Of a DNA stretch of 64,000 nucleotides, positions 63,220-64,000 are shown one piece after another. Positions within the stretch are counted from its first letter, which is position 1; the number at the start of each line of letters is the position of its first letter. The stretch is from Perkinsus olseni. Lineage: Eukaryota. The DNA lies in the NCBI GenBank assembly GCA_013115125.1, contig JABANN010000125.1, forward strand, positions 1 to 64,000, given 5' to 3'. Position numbers and translations under genes: made by a program. The notes below the pieces were generated by a model. It saw only the letters and a list, made by a program, of their open reading frames with translations. It made no database searches and had not been told where the DNA came from.

Positions 63220-64000
63220 CCGCTCGAACCAAGATGAGTGAGCCATGGAATATCACTCTCTGATCCGCCCTCGGCCAGGGGGGCAGAAGTTGGTGGAGGA
63301 GCGCGCATTATTCCATCATAATATTCCGCCAGTGAGGTTATCGTACAGTGTACGACGTACACGGTGGTTGGGAGCAGGGCGATGCTCACGGCTAATGGCA
63401 CGTCAGCTCACAAGCCGAGACGGGGACCAAAGTCACAGTCATCACTCGTAGTCCGCCAGACCACGCCACACTTCGAACCTGTGAGCTCCTTCCAAATGAC
63501 CGCCAGACTCTCAGCGCAAGTCAGAGAAGGTGGGAAATCCTTTGAAGATTGAGAAGATTGAGAGATAGGTCATGAAGTTGAAGGCGAGCGTGCAGCCATG
63601 CTCTTCCGAGCTTGTGGACTCTTACAATAGTCAATCTGTCAGCCTGACCGTGTCAGGGTGGTTCAAGCTGTCGGGCGCTCGCTTTTACAAAGGCATCTAC
63701 AATTTACAACAGATGCGGCAACAGTATTCAGACTCTGAATACTGTATTTCAGAGTACTTCTGAATTTCAGAGTTGTAGATGAGCGTCGAGCGGAACAGCA
63801 CCCGACCAAGGCCAAACGAAGGAAACCAATGTCTCGCTCCCTCTAACTCGCTGCCTCGAGTAATTGGTCAAAGAGTGATAAAATAATAATGGATGAATGA
63901 TTGGTTCGAATCTCCATGATTATGTTAACACCCCAGAATTTGCGGTACTCTTGAATAGTCCGGCGAGACACCATGAACTAATACGGGCATGAGCACACGC
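63220..64000. repeat. Segmental duplication unit C (runs off the window end)
   Basis: GCGCATTATTCCATCATA, GACTCTTACAATAGTCAATCTGTCAG and TTGAATAGTCCGGCGA are shared with unit A. Confidence 0.85.
63978..64000 (-). CDS. Small secreted 8-Cys peptide, copy 5 (3' end only)
   Basis: Minus strand ..GC GTG TGC TCA TGC CCG TAT TAG = (C)VCSCPY-stop, in the same DNA context as copies 3 and 4. Confidence 0.8.

Noticed and set aside
1-64000. CRISPR arrays, rRNA or tRNA genes
   Set aside because: No regularly spaced repeat-spacer pattern or recognisable structural RNA was seen by eye.

Overview
Gene-dense eukaryotic DNA with many short (about 40-55 nt) GT-AG introns. The style and gene content fit an alveolate protist of the Perkinsus type (inference; no taxonomic marker is in the window). 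1-7.6 kb holds decayed Ty3/Gypsy-like LTR-retrotransposon fragments. 7.9-53.4 kb is a housekeeping block: MMTAG2-like, a Rod/KNTC1-like kinetochore protein with an acidic N-terminus, a pseudouridine glycosidase-kinase fusion, a mitochondrial-type protein, a PH+RING protein, two tandem secreted-type paralogs, ZSWIM7/SWS1-like, TMEM260-like, V-ATPase subunit e, a BK/Slo K+ channel, GST, a NIPA-type transporter, a Myb-repeat protein with an internal duplication and an apparently C-terminally truncated Nup155. The most notable part is 55-64 kb, an array of at least five intronless genes for small secreted 8-cysteine peptides (signal peptide + short spacer + C-x4-C-x(2-6)-CEPQC-x-C-x(6-9)-C-x-C-x-CPY). 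Three of them sit in duplicated DNA units, and the array continues past the window end. All homology calls come from motif recognition by eye, and boundaries of spliced genes are approximate.
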